Assembly (NCBI GenBank): GCA_964035545.1
Contig: OZ037765.1
Span: forward strand, 434,001 to 498,000
DNA length: 64,000 nt
Source of the DNA: Bugula neritina
Lineage: Eukaryota; Animalia; Bryozoa
Direction of reading: 5' to 3'
The notes under the pieces were generated by a model. The model did not search any database, was not told the DNA's origin, and saw only the letters and a list, made by a program, of their open reading frames with translations. A program made the translations under genes and the position numbers. Every line of letters starts with the position of its first letter. The first letter of the stretch is position 1. This document shows, one piece after another, positions 13,301 to 26,622 of the stretch.

Positions 13301-13808
13301 CTTCCGGCAGACGTTGAAACAGGCCCACAATGCACCAAAGACGATACAGCTCATCCTAGACTGGGTCCTCACCTGCAGCAAGATTGCGTTTGCGGTGAAG
13401 CAGTTCCACGCCATGGACATGTTACTCAACGATATCAAAGCAGACAATATTCTCCTCCGCCCTTCCGGTACAGGAAGCTACGACCCGGTGTTTGTGGACT
13501 TCGGCCTCGCCTCCATCGGGGAGGGAATCACTTTGGCTCTAGAGGTGAATGACTCCAACAGAGCGAAGATATTGAAGGAATACAGCCACATAGCCCCAGA
13601 GGTGCTGTTCGGGGGTGAGACCAACGTCCTCAGTGATATGTTCAGTCTCGGCAAGGCTCTAAGTCTAGTCTCTGAGGCTTTCCCTCTTGAGCCTCTGGTC
13701 AACATCATCTCCCGGTGTACTCTGTGGAACGTCGACCAGCGTCCCTCAATAGACGAGCTGATTGATAGCCTACACTGGGTCAGCAACAACATGCTGCTCA
13801 AGGCCTGA
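10346..13808 (+). CDS. Divergent non-RD Ser/Thr protein kinase with Ser/Pro-rich disordered N-terminus (~573 aa, 6 exons)
   Basis: Phase-consistent model: 10346-10558, 10857-11077, 11751-11974, 12239-12365, 12627-12782, 13028-13808. The whole kinase domain is in the last exon: GSGEFGEV, VAIK, alphaC Glu (LLQEA), catalytic loop LLNDIKADN, DFG, HIAPE, SDMFSLG, QRPS. AATAAA at 13888. The kinase exon is secure; the N-terminal exons and start are less certain. Confidence 0.8.
10553..10825 (+). repeat. ~20-23-bp minisatellite (CTCAGSTAGGGTACTGTATC) seeded on the CAG|GTAGGG donor of kinase intron 1
   Basis: Direct reading; about 12 copies. Confidence 0.9.
11187..11707. repeat. 20-bp minisatellite TATGTTGAGTCATCTGTCTA (~26 copies), kinase intron 2
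   Basis: Direct reading; 15 copies carry TGAGTCA. Confidence 0.95.
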
Positions 13809-15651
13809 TGCCGTGTAGAGAGCTTCTTGATGATTGGCTAATCTTTAGTATTCTGTGTTGCTCACTATTTGTTATGAGAACTGAATTAATAAAATGGCTG
13901 AACATAAAGTATTGAGTTGTGTGTTAGAATATAGCTAGCTAACAGTATACTGTACATATAGCTAGCTAACAGTACATATACTGTATATATAGATAGCTAA
14001 CAGTATATATACTGATATACTGTACATATAGTGTCATGGTTTCCTATGCTGGGAATATTACAAGAAGTTATATAACATAAGAAGCTGCCAGTCTCTACTA
14101 AACTCCTCACTTATATGTCAACATACTGATTCTATGCCAGACTAATGTATAACTTATTATAATAATTTATAAAGTAACACAACACTACATTAACAGACTG
14201 TTTGCTGCCAACTGAACAATTACTTTCATGTTGTTGTCTTCTCAAAGCAAATCTTCATGTCCTTCCTTTGACCTCAGGTCAAACTGATTGCGCAACAAAA
14301 TCTGTCAATAGTCTGAAGGTCACGCAACCAATCAAAGTAAAAACAACTTAGGATTTGTTTTAATAATATCCTGATTTATTCCAGAATATTATAATACCGG
14401 TATTATATTACAGCTCTATAATATTATATTATATTGCAGCTGAGTTTTATCATTAATTTGTACTTTCCTTTCTCTTACAACTAAACTGTCTCTTTTTGCA
14501 AGAAAAAAACACGAATAATCTGTTAAGATTTCCGGAGATTTGAGACAATATAACGACATGGATTGTGCTACTTTATTTTATGTCTGCATATTAAAATGTC
14601 TGGATATTTCGTATGCTTGGCTACATTTAATGTGAAACAAAACAACATAAATGGAAATTTTAATAAATTTTCTATTGAAATGGTCAAATTCGGGAAAAAT
14701 AGAAGTAGCTGCCAATTATAAAACATAAAATAGTTCATTTGAAAACCAAATGAATTTCATACAGAAATCTTTGCTGATTTCATTTCAATTAATCTTTACC
14801 TCTCCAGGGAGCTGTGCTCAGAGTGAATATATGTATTCTATATACTACAGCCATTAATATCCATGTCAAGTAGACCGAGTAGAAACATGCATGTGACACG
14901 ACTCAATGTAATAAATATAAGGCAGCAAGCTGACCCTTTCTTTTGAAGAATTTCTAAAGCTGCCCTCGAATGTCTGTCTGCGTCTCTTGCCAAAACCACT
15001 TTCTGTAGGCCGATTCTTTTGATACTAAGAGCCCAGTTTCCTGTCTAGAAGTCAACAACAAGCGGCTCTTCCAATAAATATATTCCTCATAAAACATGTC
15101 GTTGCAAATGACTCTAGACAACAATGCATCGTTTTATTAATAGTGTAATTATTTCTGGTGAGTAATTCAATGAAGTCTACAGGCCCTGGGTGTATTGGAA
15201 GACGTTCAGTTTGGTGGATGCCAAAGACATTAACATATTTGGTCTGAACCCACAATTAAGTACCTGGATGTAATGGTTTTACCATACCTGCTATGTAGTG
15301 CATGTGAGCCTTCATTCAAGAATCTAGTTCAGTAGACCACCCACCAAGTGCGGTATGTCAAACCATGAGTCATCTCTGTCAACAATTTCATAACATTTCA
15401 AATTCTCAGCCACAAAACCATGAAATAGCCTACGTTCTAAGTTCAATCATTGAATGTCCTAGTCTGACAAAAAGCTATTTATAGCTAAAATACTGAGCTC
15501 TATGTAATTTTTCCTTTATCTCTGTTAGTGTAATTCTACAAAACTTTTATATCTAGTCTTCTAATGTGGTTTTAAATTTGTTACTAGCATTATTCTAGGA
15601 TGCTGTTGATGTCTTTTTTACCAGCTCATCTTCTTGTCTACCAAAAGAATT

Positions 15652-15970
15652 TCTGAACAGGTGAGTTATTACTCTGAACAGGTAAGTTATTACTCTGAAC
15701 AGGTAAGTTATTACTCTGAACAGGTAAGTTATTACTCTGAACAGGTGAGTCATTACTCTGAACAGGTAAGTTATTACTCTGAACAGGTGAGTCATTACTC
15801 TGAACAGGTAAGTTATTACTCTGAACAGGTGAGTCATTACTCTGAACAGGTGAGTTATTACTCTGAACAGGTAAGTCATTACTCTGAACAGGTAAGTCAT
15901 TACTCTGAACAGGTGAGTTTTTACTCTGAACAGGTAAGTTATTACTCTGAACAGGTAAGTCATTACTCTT
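15652..15970 (+). repeat. 21-bp minisatellite TCTGAACAGGTRAGTYATTAC (~15 copies), each with a CAG|GTRAGT donor consensus
   Basis: Direct reading. Confidence 0.95.
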
Positions 15971-18061
15971 CCATTCAACTCCTACAATCCACACAAGAAA
16001 AGCTACACAGCAAACAAATCGGAAGTTTATCTGAAAACAGCAATTAGTAGGAATATTATCAACACTACACCACAGACTCTACCAAATAGATAAATATTTT
16101 GGCACATGCAAAACAATATTCAGTTATAGGAACTCAAAGCATTAGCCCAGCTTACAGAGAGCCTTGTTAATCGCCCTTAACTCATCGAATCGGTAGACAA
16201 GATTTAAGGCTATGTCATTTGAGTGTGAGCTATAATAAGGACAAAAGATTCACTCTGGTTGTGTCAACATGACTTCAAGTCAATTCATTTAAGTGTCATC
16301 AATCAAATGTATCAAATTATATAAAGACTGAATGGCCAGGCCAAGTGGAGGTGTAAAAACTATTCAGAAATCCAATAAAATTTCATGTCAAATATGGCTG
16401 ACTCACGAGTTATTGCGTGTCGTCTGCGTGCTCAACAGACCGTGACATCTAATTGGAATGTCTCAAATTCTCTCAGATTGTACTCTCATTTTATTCACTT
16501 TGAAATACTTGAGTTTAAAATGTCAACTACTTGCTTGAGAGAACAGAATAAGAAACTAATAAATTTATAAAATACTATTGCACCAGCATATTGTAGTTCT
16601 TAAAATATATATAAAATGGACTCACTTAGTGGTGCTCAGCCTGCCATTCAACAATATCCAGTTACACTACAGGAAGGAATTACTAGATAGAGAGAAGTAA
16701 TTATCAAGACTTTTGTCTCAGCGAGATACAAGTGAAAGTGAGAGGCCCGGCGGTCACGGGAAAGCAGAAATGTTCATCTAGCACTCATCGGCAGCTTTGA
16801 GGTGCTGCCAAGTTGCAAGTGGCCACTTGAGTTCTGTTTCCTCTAGAAAGAGTTCTATTCTTCCAGCCACTCCATTCACAGAGCAGCTTTCAATAAATCA
16901 GTGTCAGCATCTCCACTAATTAGACTTTCAGTGTGAGACCTGATTGAATATCATTCAGTAAACATGAAATGTAGAATACAGGAACTGATGTGTTAATAAT
17001 ATCTGTACTTGTATAGCAATACTCATGTATAACAGTCCAGTCACCATGGCTTTGTATATAATAATAGAGACAATCTACATTAATTATCATCTAACTGTTG
17101 ACAAGCTGGTCTTTTGCTCTACATCTGTTATCTTGTTTATCAGAGAGTTCAATGCAAACTACAAGCCAAAAGCACTGCTTGTGTGTATTATTGCTGGCAT
17201 GGCCCCAATAGCTTTATAATTCCGTAATTACCTTATTAATTGATATGTCATCATTTGTATATAATCAGAAACTGTGTTGAAACATTTGATTACTAAGAAT
17301 AGAATGCTGTCACGGCAGCTCTATAAATAGATTCCGGTTCTTTGTGATTCACCGATAAAGCATTTTGCAACACAGAAACTTCTGTCCAGTAAATATGGCT
17401 GAGTGATGGAGTTATCTATCCCCTAGCATTAGATACTCGACATAATAGTGCGAGGGTGTTCAGGTATCGCTACACACCACCTTTCTATGGAAACTAAGCC
17501 AAGGTGTGTGCAGAACTGTGTCTCACTAACTAAAATAAATTTTAGAAATCTTAAGCTGGAAAAATTGATATTTGACTGCAAATATATTAGGCTTATTTCT
17601 GTGGTATAGCCGTTAATTTATTTACATCATATTGCTTCTCATTTTATATTTAAATACTTCTAAATACAACTTAAGTGTATTCAATTTTTAGTAACTATTC
17701 CTTTAATATATTAGGATTTTTTGAGCAAATTAGAACAATTTTTGAATATTTTTTTATATTTTGTGTTTTATTTCACAAAAATATGTAGTTTAATCAATAA
17801 ATTAAATCTAAAAACCAAATATTCTATAACTGTAACAATATCTGGAGTGCTTTGTACAAAGAGGCTATAGTGAGCCCCTACGAGTATGACGTATGCACAG
17901 AAGGGCAAGAAAGAGGGGTGGGTAGCGACATGCCCCCACCTTATATAGTATAATATAGTTGCACTAATATCATGAAAACAGATCTGGTGGAATTGTATTC
18001 ACAAAAATATAGCCATATCTATACATTGATTGAAATTTTTTGGAGTTGAGAAATATTTGAG

Positions 18062-18871
18062 TTAGTAGTCTGCGTCAGACTGAGGGGGGCAAGCGCAGGT
18101 GCACTGCGACAGGATGGGGTAGGATATCTTTATCCACTCGCAGTTCCCTTTATACGGACAGTAATATCGCAATAACTTAATATTTTTCATTTTAGTTGGT
18201 TGGCAGGACATGCCTGCTGGTATACTACAGGAGCGTCTGTTATCACACCGGCCCTCTTTGATCCAGCGAGGCCAAAACCTGATAGAAAGCTCTTTCCACT
18301 TGTACCTTACCGGACAGTAACTGTACGACCACAAAAACTTTTGTATTTTCTTTTTAGTTTTTCTATTAAATTTCACTCTCAGTTCGTAGCCGTCCGCCGA
18401 GAGCTGTATAGCTTTTTGTGTCAGAGCCTCGATTTCATCCGGCATTTTCCCTCTAGGCGTATCCTCTTTGGTGAACTGATAGAGCAGCGTGCCATTTGGG
18501 TTAGAGGTCATCTCTGAAGGTCGTCGAAGTGACATGAAATGACTGTCGTAATCTTCTCCCATTATGTCAAGCAGGTGGAACTGGTCAAGGTTATTGACAT
18601 CTGGGTCAAGGTCAGAATTGACAGTTTCCTGGAGGTCGAGAGGAATCATAACTAGAGAGGGTTTGAGAGGTAGATTCGTGTACACCGAGTCTGCTGCTGC
18701 CGCGTCAGCGGAGTCTCTCCGACTGCTGCCGGACTTCCCGTGTCTGCGATTGTTTCTGGTTGATGGCTCCTGGCTGTTTATACTAGCTGCTGTGGTGAGC
18801 AGAGGCAGGGTGTACATGGCACCCACCCATAACAACAGCATACTGCAGTCCTTGGCTCTCAGTCTCACCAT
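18062..18871 (-). CDS. NOG: Noggin (secreted BMP antagonist), single coding exon, 269 aa
   Basis: Signal peptide; clip region PLKPSLVMIPLDLQE..DLDPDVNNLD..LLDIMGEDYDSHFMS; basic patch KFNRKTKKKIQKFLW; nine-Cys knot (CPVRYKWKELSIRFWPRWIKEGRC..SCSIPAGMSC..YYC..CEW..YPILSQCTCAC). No insertion between Cys5 and Cys6, so canonical noggin rather than noggin-like. Confidence 0.95.
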   Translation of the reverse strand: MVRLRAKDCSMLLLWVGAMYTLPLLTTAASINSQEPSTRNNRRHGKSGSSRRDSADAAAADSVYTNLPLKPSLVMIPLDLQETVNSDLDPDVNNLDQFHLLDIMGEDYDSHFMSLRRPSEMTSNPNGTLLYQFTKEDTPRGKMPDEIEALTQKAIQLSADGYELRVKFNRKTKKKIQKFLWSYSYCPVRYKWKELSIRFWPRWIKEGRCDNRRSCSIPAGMSCQPTKMKNIKLLRYYCPYKGNCEWIKISYPILSQCTCACPPQSDADY

Positions 18872-19825
18872 CTCTACAAGTATAGAATAATATTATTCTA
18901 TTTAAACAGAGATGTTTGACTGCATCACGGCAAAAAAAACTGAAGGAAAATACTTTCCAGGTTTAAGTCACAGCATGATAGATGAAGACAGAATAAACTT
19001 ATATATATTCCTTACATGAGCACTAAGCTGCTTGTGTTAGATTATGTGAAAGTTGACAGGCAAGAGTGATAGGTCTACTGTCAAACAGTAATGGGGGGGG
19101 GGGGCTGAATGGAAAGACATCCACCCCTGAATAAGTGGAGGTATTTAGCCGACTGACACGTGACACAATAATACTAATAAATCTCATAAAGACCATCTAT
19201 TCTGGCAGATCCCTCCACTAGAGATGGAGATGGCCAATTTGTGGCTGGCTACAGACAATAGTAAAAGTGACACAAGCCCCACCTCTCTACTTCCCTTTCT
19301 ACAAGGCAGACAATTGCACCTTTCATAAGCTGCACAAACACTGCATCATTTATCTTCATAACAAGGGGATAAATATTATTACAAACAGTAAGGCAGTATA
19401 TAAAACAAATCTATAATACGTAGAGTTTGTGAGCAATTTCCTCAGCTCTCCTAAGAAATGGTAGCAATTAGCATCTGCACAATCGAGGCATTGAATCTTC
19501 GCTTTGACTTCAACAGCAGTGCTACTGTTGCTTGTAGAAATACACACAAAGATGTTATTGACATTGTGTATCATTGTATACAACTATCACACACTTCTGC
19601 AGCACTGCCTCTATCACACAGCATCTATACGGCTAACAAATACCCTTTCAAGTATCATACTATTGAATAGACACACAGTCAACTCTGCCCAGATGGCGCC
19701 TTGCTACCTACTTCAATTATTATATACCTACTCAGTATCTTTCCTTTAACACTTTCAAACCTTTTAAATTCTCTAATCATCTTTCCTAACTTTTGTCATG
19801 TTTTAAACTACATTAAAGCTCTCTT

Positions 19826-20218
19826 ACACTACACACTACAGTACTGTACTGTTACACTACACACTACACACTACAGTACTGTACTGTTACACTACACACT
19901 ACACACTACAGTACTGTACTGTTACACTACACACTACAGTACTGTACTGCTACACTACACTCTACAGTACTGTACTGTTACACTACACTCTACAGTTTAG
20001 TGCTGTTACACTACACACTACAGTATATTACTGTTACAATACACTCTACAGTATATTACTGTTACACTACACTCTACAGTATATTACTGTTACAATGCAC
20101 ACTACAGTATAGCACTGTTACACTACACTCTACAGTACTGTACTGTTACACTACACACTACAGTACTGTACTGTTACAATACACTCTACAGTATAGTACT
20201 GTTACAATACACTCTACC
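19826..20218. repeat. Degenerate ACTACAGTACTGTACTGTTACACTACAC minisatellite (putative noggin 5'UTR intron)
   Basis: Direct reading. Confidence 0.85.
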
Positions 20219-20862
20219 ATTACTTGCAGTCTACAGTATTGCTATAGACTGAAAAGCTAGGTGACAGAATAGCCAAACTATTCACTGTCCAACATAGTTT
20301 ACTTTCCATACTAATTCTAAGGTTAAAGTGAGTGGATTAGTGTTAAAAATTTGATGAAATTTCATTTCATAAATTTGACTTTTTTTATGTAACTAAATTG
20401 CAGCATAAGCATGAGAGAAATGATGCCCCACTCGACATCTAAATGTAAGGTTTACAGCAATTACTATAAACACTTGTGTCTAAAAAAATATCAATATATC
20501 AAATATCAATTAGAATGAATTGTGGGTCATCTCTCCACCCGATGTTTTCCTAAAAGACTCCTCCGAAACCCACTTCACCAGTACAAAGCAAAAGCAGGTT
20601 GAAAATTCACTTCTGAGGAAATTGTCAAACCCCGAAGCATGAAAAATAATTTCCAACAAGTTTCACATGGCACCTCTCTCTATTAAATTCCCATCAGCTA
20701 TAAATATGTGAAACTTGCCTTACCACACCCCATGGGGTCCTCTGATGAGGGGGTTGTACCCCAGGACACTGTGGGAGTGCGTATGCCCTAACGTGTAATT
20801 AAATATATTTCCCATAGTTTAGAGTTGATACAAGAAGTGATAAAATAGCTAGTCACAATTAC

Positions 20863-21188
20863 CTGTATTGTTGTTGTAGCTGCTTCCACCTGGAATATTT
20901 ATACTCCACTCCGGTCTCTCCACAACATCATAGCAGCGTATAAGAGTATCGCGGAATATTATAATGAATGAGTATATTATATGCGTTAGTCACAGTAGTG
21001 GGTAGTTGCTGTAAGGTAGAACTTAATATATCCTCAGTATGTTGCAGAGTAGATAGTTTATATACAGGGAAAGATGTAGCACGCCCTCAGCTTAAAGTTT
21101 ACTCTCTAGAAATGAAGTGAAGCTGCTAACATATAGTTATTATATGAGTGTCTCAATGCAGTGCTGTGAGCTTGCACCTGATTGGCTA
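20863..21188 (-). promoter_or_regulatory. Putative noggin promoter and non-coding first exon
   Basis: On the minus strand: AGCCAATC (~21180-21187), TATATAAA (~21057-21064), CAG|GTAATT donor at 20862, and an acceptor TTGTAG just upstream of the noggin ATG. Confidence 0.45.
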
Positions 21189-21669
21189 ACTGCAAGCCAT
21201 TCACGAAGATCCAGTACAATATAGTTTTTGGTTCTTTAAGCAGAGGAAGGGGGGTGATCAGTATTTATTTTAGACCTTAAGGCTATGTACTGAAAATTAG
21301 TTGTTTTAGCAAAATTATACAACAAGTTAAATTAGTTTTGCGTCTTTAATTTTAAAGCTGTAACAAAAGTCAGCCAATGTTGAATAATTAATTAAAAACG
21401 ATAATAAAATGTAGTAAACTGAATAAAGTTATTGATGAATTATAAAAATATGTTGTACACGATAGTTTGTGTTCAAGCAAGCATTTAATTTAATATTATA
21501 GAAATTCAATTGTATGGCCGTTATAATAGAATATTTCTAAAATACAATAATTTGTCAAATATTTCAAAGCTTTCTGTGTTTATATGCATGTATAGATTTT
21601 TTAATGTTCAATTACTTTATGTATCATATTATAAACTCTTAAAGACCTCATTTTAGCATAATTTATTAC

Positions 21670-21882
21670 ACAATTATATATAATATACATAACATAATAT
21701 TAACATAATACAACATAACATAATGTAATATAATATAACATAATATACATAATATAATATAACATAATACAGCATAACATAATATAATATAATATAATAT
21801 AATATAACATAATATAATATAACATAATATAATATAGTATAATATTATATAATATAATATAATATAACATAATATAATATAT
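21670..21882. repeat. (ATATA/ACATA)n low-complexity pentamer array
   Basis: Direct reading. Confidence 0.85.
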
Positions 21883-24477
21883 TACACAACTACTTAGACA
21901 TTTCTCTCATAAATAAGGACAGGAAACTGTGAAATTCATCTCGTCAGATTAATCCCTCCCATTCAGCTAATTATAGTAGCCTTAGAACTACGGCCACTCT
22001 AGTGAACAGAGCGGGCAGTCTAACAGTCCTACCAAACATAATCAACTTGAGGATGAATTAGCACAATCTTAATAAAACTTTAATCACTTTCAAATTTTCT
22101 TAAATCTGCAAGTTGATTTTTAATTGTGATGAATAAGTATTACGTAATAAGATAATTAGAAATGCCACAGCTGGAATGCTACAGGGGAAACTAGCTTGGC
22201 TTTCATCTTGTAAAATATGCAATGGAAAGCAATAAAATTATTGCAATAATTTATTAATTATAAAAATAATATTTAATTGACATACAAAGAAATTAAATAA
22301 GGTTGTTAAATTTTGTAGATTATAATAATTTATGAGGTCATGTGACAAAGCTTTCACTAAGAACTTTGCAATCAGCAATACTAGAGTTGTATACGATTTA
22401 TACGCACAGGAAGTACCATTCCCTCATCACGTATAGTTGGGGTGTGTAGAGGCAGGAGTGTAAAAGCAAAAGGTAGTTTGAGATTACAACATTGATAGAG
22501 CAGCCCACACAAGTCACGGCATTTCTTCCTGATATAATGAAAAGCTTAGGTTTTGCATGAAATATTTCACAATAAAAGACACTAAGCTATACTATCTCAG
22601 CTTAACCTGTCATGTTAGATAACTATGACATGGCGGAAAACTGTTAAATATTTCAGTATCTTTCACCTCCGTCAACCCTATTGTATATTACACATGTGCA
22701 CTAAGGCTAGCCTACCCTCCCCCACCCCTCTCCTTCCCTCCCCTCCTCTCCCCTCCTTCCCATGCAGTGGTCCTGAAATTGACACATGAATCTAGTATAA
22801 TGCTCATCATTAACAGTTACGAATATTTGTGTAGAAAAGTGGAACCGAGCAGGCGTATAGAAAAATAAGTGCTGGAGCTTAAATTAAGCAACTTTAAAAG
22901 ATAAACAATTGTTCAGTTTAACAAATGCGGTGCTAAAGCTTTCACAAAAACTGTTAGCTACTAGCAAATAGCAGAAAATTAAATTAAAGTTAGTCTATGC
23001 AATACAGAGATGACTGCAACCCCTTGTTTCGAGTTATTCCTGTATCCACTCGTAGGTCATTGACGAGCCTTGTTCAAACACGGATGAATTGAAAGTGATG
23101 GAATATCGAATTACGGGCCCCTGTTTGTTTGCTGAGCATTGTGTTCACTCTGAGTGTATATTGACAGACCAACTAGCTATTGGAAGCTAGAACTATCTCT
23201 ACTCATCACCCAACTTGCTCGAGCTCATCTGGAGGAATAATTTATGGAGCTATTACTAGTAGAAACACGTTCTTTTTCCTTTGAATTATTTTACTTTGGA
23301 ATTGAAAAATATCTGTTGATGTAACTTTTCAACTTCAGAAGTCAATCTAGCTTATATAAATGCTAATTTTAGACTCTCATAAATTTTTTCTTTCATTTTA
23401 AATTTATTTTTGAAACAAACTATCAAAATAATGATGGAAAATCAAACAAAGCTAATTAAATGTCAATTAAACTTACTGTTATAAAAAACTAATAAAATAT
23501 TGATTTAGAAAATAAATAATTTTTATTGCGAAATCTACCTTTATCTTTCGATTATCAGGTTATACAAGAACCAAGATTATGATAGCCTGCATAAGGGGTG
23601 TATTCCAGCCACCCCTAAAGCTAGTGTGAAAGTGTAGAGAACAGTTCCAGTGGTGTTGAGGGGTTCAAAGCACCACTGAGGAAGGGGGGGGGGCAGATTT
23701 ATGAACTCAGTGTGAAAGTAGGTTATGCTAGCAGAGAGAAATATTTCTCACCGTCCTGTAAGAGACGGGCTGTTCACCCGGGACTTGTGTACAGAACTTC
23801 CTGTTATGTTGAGTTAAACTCACGTAACCCAAAGCTGCAGTCTGCATAGACGTAGGTGTGATGTCATGTTGTAACAGTAACTCCATGCAATATGATGACA
23901 CTGTTTTATTACAGTAATATATCCTTTAATATAGTAATATATCTTGTAATATAATAATATATTCTGTAATATATTCTACATGTAACCCAATGCGTGAAAG
24001 AAACTTTATAACCCTTCGAGTAGCATATTGATATTGAGCTGCTCATGCTACTAATTAGTCAGTGTTTATGTATAAAGCACTAAACTATACAATGATAGAG
24101 TATGTACATGTAAATAATAATAACTAACAATAATTAATTATAACCATAAAACTTTATTAAAATAATGATAAATTTCCCATAAAAAAGGGAATATAAATTA
24201 TAATGGAAGTGAAAACAATATCCCCTGGAGACAAAGTGCATCTTGCAAACCATGTCTACTAACATTAACATTAAAATATGCATATAATTGCTGCAATTAA
24301 TTAAAAATTTATAGCCATTGTAATTATAATAAATTCACTGATGAATGTATGTACTAACAGCATATTGAGTGAATATAAAGACTATAATAATTATGATAAT
24401 GTACACCACTGTGGGTGTTTATTAGTGTCCAGAATAACTGTACAAGTATTTCCCCCACAGCCATTGTGTCCAAACCA

Positions 24478-24666
24478 CACGATACTATAGTCCTAGTACA
24501 CGATACTATAGTCCCAGTACATGATACTGTAGTCCTAGTACATGATACTGTAGTCCTAGTACATGATACTGTAGTCCTAGTACATGATACTGTAGTCCTA
24601 GTACATGATACTGTAGTCCTAGTACATGATACTGTAGTCCTAGTACGTGATACTGTAGTCCTAGTG
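24478..24666. repeat. 21-bp minisatellite CATGATACTGTAGTCCTAGTA (~9 copies)
   Basis: Direct reading. Confidence 0.92.
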
Positions 24667-26622
24667 TCACAGCCATTAAACCACACCATTCAATCATAAT
24701 TAATTATCACTTATTACAATAAACAGAGTTTATTAATTAACAGCTTGTACTGATGAATTCCACTTACACTAGTCGATAGCTCCAATATAACTACAGCATA
24801 AATTTAATTCTGTTGGTAATATATGTGTATGTTAATTTATATAGATTTATTTACTTGCAAAGTTCAATGCAAGGATATCAGCATGTGTATTGAGTAAGTT
24901 ACAATACCAACATTAAGAAATATAGTTTCACAACTTTAGTGTGTTTTCTTAGAAATGAAAATAGAATAAATACGTTTATGAAATTGTTGCAAACTGTTTA
25001 TAAAAGACAGATATTAAAGCAGACTATCTAATATGGCGCCAAGAGTATTATGAAAGTCCATCGTGTGTCTACGTTTACTCAGAGCTGGTGGGAACTCAAC
25101 TGGGAAGGTATGAATAAGAGGGCAAGAGAGAGATTGTACTCAACTTTTAGCTGCAGCCACTGAATTCACGCCAAGTAAGTAACAATAAAACATTATCTTT
25201 CAATAGAATAGAGCTGGCCGACAATTCCGTATTCTAACTGAAAAAAAGATGACTTGTTGAACTTCTCACCCGATTGATGAAGCTACACATATGTAGCCTG
25301 TGCACCTACGTCTCGGACTACGGGGCGTGAGAGGAAGCCACATTAAACAAAGGGCTATAAGCCTAGGAAAGGGAGTCTATTTGATGCTGAAGGGCATGGT
25401 CTGGGCCTACAATGCTCACAATACAAGCCAGGCTGCCACACATCCTCTCTAAGCAAGCCAATGCAGCCATTTGTATGGGAAAATTCAAATGATACACGGA
25501 GCTGTTGTGTTCTTACACAATAAATGGAGTATTTGTGTATAAACATTCCAGTCTGTATAGTAGTGTGTAGCCAGGGGCCTGTGTAAACACTGACTGGTCA
25601 TGTGACCACAAACCGTACGTATGGAGTTGTCTTCTTCATAGATAATTATTAGCACACTATTCTGCATGAAATTTAACTCAAGAGAGGAGGGGGTGTGAAT
25701 TTCCCACAAAACCTATTTAGCCTTTGTATATTTCCACCGAAACTCTCATGGAGATGGTTGAATTAACCATAAATTAGTTTCCATCAACACTTCTGCCATA
25801 TGCACTACTAGCATAAATAAAAGTGGGTGTGAAACCAGAGTACAAATAAACTTCAGCTGGAGCACAGGCATACCTTTGAGCATTTTTCTCTCCCTTATTA
25901 TTTAAATAACTATTTTAGTTGGCGCTGAGACGGGCAGTAGATAGCCTGTATATCTACCACAGTGTGCGGACTATATTAGGGCAAGTATAAAGCTAACCCT
26001 ATCTTGGGTTGCATTATATATTTTCAAAATAGATGAAAGAAATACTGAGTACTAGGGCTGGGTCAGTTAATAGTTTGAGCTGGGATAGTGATATAGTAAT
26101 ATGTTTGGTGCAGTTATTGTTGGTATCTATGATAACATATTATGATCAAATATTAGAGAAGTTAAAATTCTGTAATTTTTTTCTAATATATTTGGCTTAA
26201 AATTTGAATTATTTAGTGACCATCGCAGCTCTACGCGTACCAAAAGAAGGCAAGGAGCCAACTGGGGCGGCTAGACAACAAGTTGTTAGGGAAAACCTAA
26301 ATATTAGTTTAATATTAATGAAAACTGCTTCACATGGGAACGGAAAGTGCAGAACCTCTTCACACTCTTATCCAGAGTTGTCTTCTTTTATTGTTATTCT
26401 GTAAATCAGTGTGTTGCAGAGCAGTGATAAGAAATGATGCGAGTTTATTTTCTGCCCGTTAAAGCCTTTCTTTGTCCTTACACATCAAGGCACTCCAAAT
26501 ATGTGTGTAGATAAATAAAAGTTTTAGACTATGTTTTGCAGTGAAACTCAATTGTTGCTGCCACCGAAAACTTCTCTAAGGGCATCAAATGGCGATTAAG
26601 TGAGTCATATTTTACTATTTAG

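Noticed and set aside
12924-13801. Overlapping antisense and alternative-frame ORFs over the kinase exon
   Set aside because: Shadow ORFs of a GC-rich coding exon with no recognisable motifs.
15634-16047. (SEQVSYY)n repeat protein ORF
   Set aside because: A 21-bp repeat that is open in several frames and on both strands, with no ATG start or gene context.
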